Assembly (NCBI GenBank): GCA_040007135.1
Contig: JBDTVO010000001.1
Span: 1-37,963, forward strand
From: Devosia sp.
Lineage (GTDB): Bacteria > Pseudomonadota > Alphaproteobacteria > Rhizobiales > Devosiaceae
Length of the DNA stretch: 37,963 nucleotides
Direction: 5' to 3'
This document shows positions 35,651 through 37,963 of this stretch, one piece after another. Every line of letters starts with the position of its first letter. Position 1 is the first letter of the stretch. The position numbers were made by a program, and so were the translations under genes. The notes beneath the pieces were generated by a model, which was given only the letters and a program-made list of their open reading frames with translations, was not told the DNA's origin and did not search any database.

Positions 35651-36336
35651 TAGAGTCCGAGGTTTCGTTGCAGGGCCGCGGCGAAGTGGGCCTGGATGGC
35701 GGCGACGGCGGCCACCGGGCTGCGCGCACGGCAGGCCTCGAGCACGGCGATGTGCTCGCGCAGGGACCGGAGCGCCAGCGGCGTCGTCATACGCCGGTCC
35801 AGCCTGAGCATGCGCAGGTAGTTGTGGACGCGCCTGTAGACGGTGTCGACCAGCGGGTTGTGAAGGCTGCCGACGATGGAGCTGTGAAGGAGCAGCTCCA
35901 GTTTCTCCATCTCGTCTCGAACCTCGTCGGTCAGTCCCTCGCCTTCAACTCTCAGACGGACATCCTCATGGGTTCGAATGAGATCGTCGATCTGCGATGC
36001 GGGGGCGGTTTCAGCAAACACGGCAACGGCCGCCGACTCGATGATGCCGCGCAGCTCATAGGTTGAGCGCGTCAGCTCGAGTCCCGGTTTGACGAACTGG
36101 ATGCCGGTGCGGGGATGGATCGTCACGATCCCTTCAACCTCGAGCACCCGCAGCGCGTCCCGCAAGGGCCCCAGGGGTACGCCGGTCAGCTCCACCAACT
36201 CGGCCTGGGAGACAAACGCCCCAGCCGCCAGCTTCCGCTCGAAGAGGATCTCAAAGACCCGCTTGTAGGCCAGGTCGCTCAGCCGACGGCCGACTCCCGC
36301 CTCCTCGGCGGTCTTTCTTGGAACTTTCGCGGCCAC
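35647..36336 (-). CDS. GntR family transcriptional regulator (FCD domain)
   Basis: GTG start, wHTH SQAELVELTGVPLGPLRDALRVLEVEG, YELRGIIE, and SLREHIAVLEA...AIQAH. Confidence 0.9.
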   Translation of the reverse strand: MAAKVPRKTAEEAGVGRRLSDLAYKRVFEILFERKLAAGAFVSQAELVELTGVPLGPLRDALRVLEVEGIVTIHPRTGIQFVKPGLELTRSTYELRGIIESAAVAVFAETAPASQIDDLIRTHEDVRLRVEGEGLTDEVRDEMEKLELLLHSSIVGSLHNPLVDTVYRRVHNYLRMLRLDRRMTTPLALRSLREHIAVLEACRARSPVAAVAAIQAHFAAALQRNLGLY

Positions 36337-36377
36337 CTATTGACGACCCCTCTCTTTGGTAGTTTATACCGCGCCTT

Positions 36378-36387
36378 TGATATATCA
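36378..36387. promoter_or_regulatory. Palindrome TGATATATCA, candidate GntR operator
   Basis: Perfect 10-bp palindrome in the 72-bp divergent gap between gntR and the enolase-family gene. Confidence 0.55.
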
Positions 36388-36408
36388 TCTATAGGCGTAT
36401 GATTGCTC

Positions 36409-37572
36409 ATGCGAATAGCCGGTTTCGAAATTACCCGGTTTCAGTTTGCTCGTGACCGGGTCATCGGAGACAGCCAGGTGCGCGCCGACGAGGCGAACGC
36501 AGCATCTGTGGAACTGATCGACGACAAGGGCAATCGCGGCCTCGGCTTTGCACAGATCCTGTTCAACACGCTGCCGGCGCTCGGTGAGATCAACAGGGTC
36601 TTCGAAGCGGAGGTCTGGCCGGGTCTAAAGGGCGAGCACCCGCTGGCGATCGCTCATCGCGTGAACCGGCCGCGGGGCGGCAATCAGCGGGCCTTCACGC
36701 TGCCATTTCACGAAGCGGTGCAGGTTGCGGTCTGGGACCTTGCGGCTAAGCAGCAGGGCCTGCCGCTGCATCGACTGCTGGGATCGCGGCGCGACAAGGT
36801 CCGCGCCTATGCGTCCGGCCTCGATTTCCATCTCAGCGACGAGGCCTTCGTCGAGCTGTTCAAGCGGGCCGATTCCCTCGGTTACCGGGCTTTCAAGATC
36901 AAGGTCGGGCACACCGATTTTGAGCGCGACCTGCACCGCCTGAAGCTGCTGAAGCAAACCGTCACGCCGGGCTCGCAGGTGATGATCGACGCCAATGAGG
37001 CGTGGGGCGCCAAAGAAGCGGTGGTCAAGCTCGAGGCTATCCGCCGCGCCGGGCACGAGCTGATGTGGGTGGAAGACCCGATCCTTCGCTACGATTTCGA
37101 AGGTCTGCGGCTGCTGCGGGAGAGCATCCCTTGGACGCTGATCAACTCGGGCGAATATCTCGATGCGGCAGGCAAGCGGGCCCTGATGCTCGCTGGCGGC
37201 ACCGACATTCTGAACGTCCACGGCCAGGTCACCGATGTGATGCGGATCGGCTGGCTCGCCGCCGAGATGGGCATCCCGGTTTCGCTCGGCAACACCTTTC
37301 TCGAGATCGGCGTGCACATGGCGTGCGCGCTGCCCGAGGTCGAGTGGCTGGAATACTCGTTCCAGAACTTTGAGCATTTGGTCGAGCAGCCCATGGACAT
37401 CAGCGACGGCTGGATTCATGCGCCCGACCGGCCGGGCCACGGCCTGGTCCTGTCAGAAGCCGCGCGCCGCGACTGGGCGCGCCCCGAAATCCTGTCGCGC
37501 AATGAGCTTGGTGATCCGCCTCTGCGGTCTCCCGCCGCCAGTACCCCCAGGCTCGCCGCGAACGCAGGATGA
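36409..37572 (+). CDS. Mandelate racemase/muconate lactonizing enzyme family protein
   Basis: AVWDLAAK..GLPLHRLLG, AYASG, FKIKVG, metal ligands in DANE, EDP and GEY, and PDRPGHG. Confidence 0.9.
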   Translation: MRIAGFEITRFQFARDRVIGDSQVRADEANAASVELIDDKGNRGLGFAQILFNTLPALGEINRVFEAEVWPGLKGEHPLAIAHRVNRPRGGNQRAFTLPFHEAVQVAVWDLAAKQQGLPLHRLLGSRRDKVRAYASGLDFHLSDEAFVELFKRADSLGYRAFKIKVGHTDFERDLHRLKLLKQTVTPGSQVMIDANEAWGAKEAVVKLEAIRRAGHELMWVEDPILRYDFEGLRLLRESIPWTLINSGEYLDAAGKRALMLAGGTDILNVHGQVTDVMRIGWLAAEMGIPVSLGNTFLEIGVHMACALPEVEWLEYSFQNFEHLVEQPMDISDGWIHAPDRPGHGLVLSEAARRDWARPEILSRNELGDPPLRSPAASTPRLAANAG

Positions 37573-37603
37573 ACATGAAGAGAAGTCAACAAGGAGGAAC
37601 GAC

Positions 37604-37963
37604 ATGAACAAAATCAGACTTATGGCGGCGCTCGCAGCCGTCATGGTGGCTGCTCCTGCGGTCGCGCAGGAGATCACCGCGTGGGACGTTAACGTAACGC
37701 GCAATCCCGCCTACTTTGCCGCTGCCAAAGCGGCGTTCGAAAAGGCCCATCCGGGCGTGACTCTGACTTGGGTCGCCCAGCCGGACGCCGAGTACTACAA
37801 CCTGCTCAATACTGCCTTCGCGTCGAAGACCGGCCCTGACGTGATCTGGGCCAATGGCGGTGCGAATGCCAAGAGCCTCACCGGCTCTCTGCTTCCGCTC
37901 GACGACAAACTGCCCGACCTGATCTCTCAGGTCGTCGGTAAGTCGGCCTTCACCGGCACCGAC
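37604..37963 (+). CDS. Carbohydrate ABC substrate-binding protein (CUT1 type), 3'-truncated by the window edge
   Basis: Not in the ORF track. AAGGAGG SD, then MNKIRLMAALAAVMVAAPAVA-QEITAWD...FEKAHPGV...GPDVIW, open to the end of the window. Confidence 0.88.
   Translation, partial: MNKIRLMAALAAVMVAAPAVAQEITAWDVNVTRNPAYFAAAKAAFEKAHPGVTLTWVAQPDAEYYNLLNTAFASKTGPDVIWANGGANAKSLTGSLLPLDDKLPDLISQVVGKSAFTGTD

Noticed and set aside
1-37963. tRNA, rRNA, IS elements, integrases and prophage genes
   Set aside because: No such motifs were seen, and the intergenic gaps are short and largely explained by promoters and hairpins.

Overview
High-GC window, probably alphaproteobacterial (Hyphomicrobiales/Devosia-like; inferred from gene content and promoter style). 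It has 37 supportable CDS. I found no rRNA, tRNA, CRISPR array, transposase or integrase. Left to right: (1) A protease cluster: the 3' part of a caspase-like (C14)/DUF4384-type gene, a secreted V8-like and a secreted trypsin-like serine protease, and a DUF4760-like membrane protein. (2) Assorted metabolic genes: beta-hydroxyacid dehydrogenase, low-affinity iron permease, enolase-superfamily enzyme and xth. (3) A LacI-controlled operon (GH32-like fructosidase, SxxK esterase, ATPase-less sugar ABC transporter) with two matching 18-bp operators. (4) A sugar ABC operon divergent from an unusual alpha/beta-hydrolase-GntR/FadR fusion gene, with three TTGTCnGACAA-type boxes. (5) An SLC5/STAC sensor kinase, small membrane protein, stand-alone receiver (apparent ATT start), OmpR-type regulator and stand-alone Hpt, upstream of an 11-bp-period repeat and a Liv-type ABC operon that converges on a haloacid dehalogenase. 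(6) A ROK-sugar ABC-SDR-GNAT operon. (7) A GntR regulator divergent from an enolase-superfamily gene and a truncated sugar-binding protein. The best candidates for novel systems are the esterase-repressor fusion, the fully split transporter-kinase phosphorelay and the multi-protease cluster. All calls come from motif recognition by eye; no database search was run.
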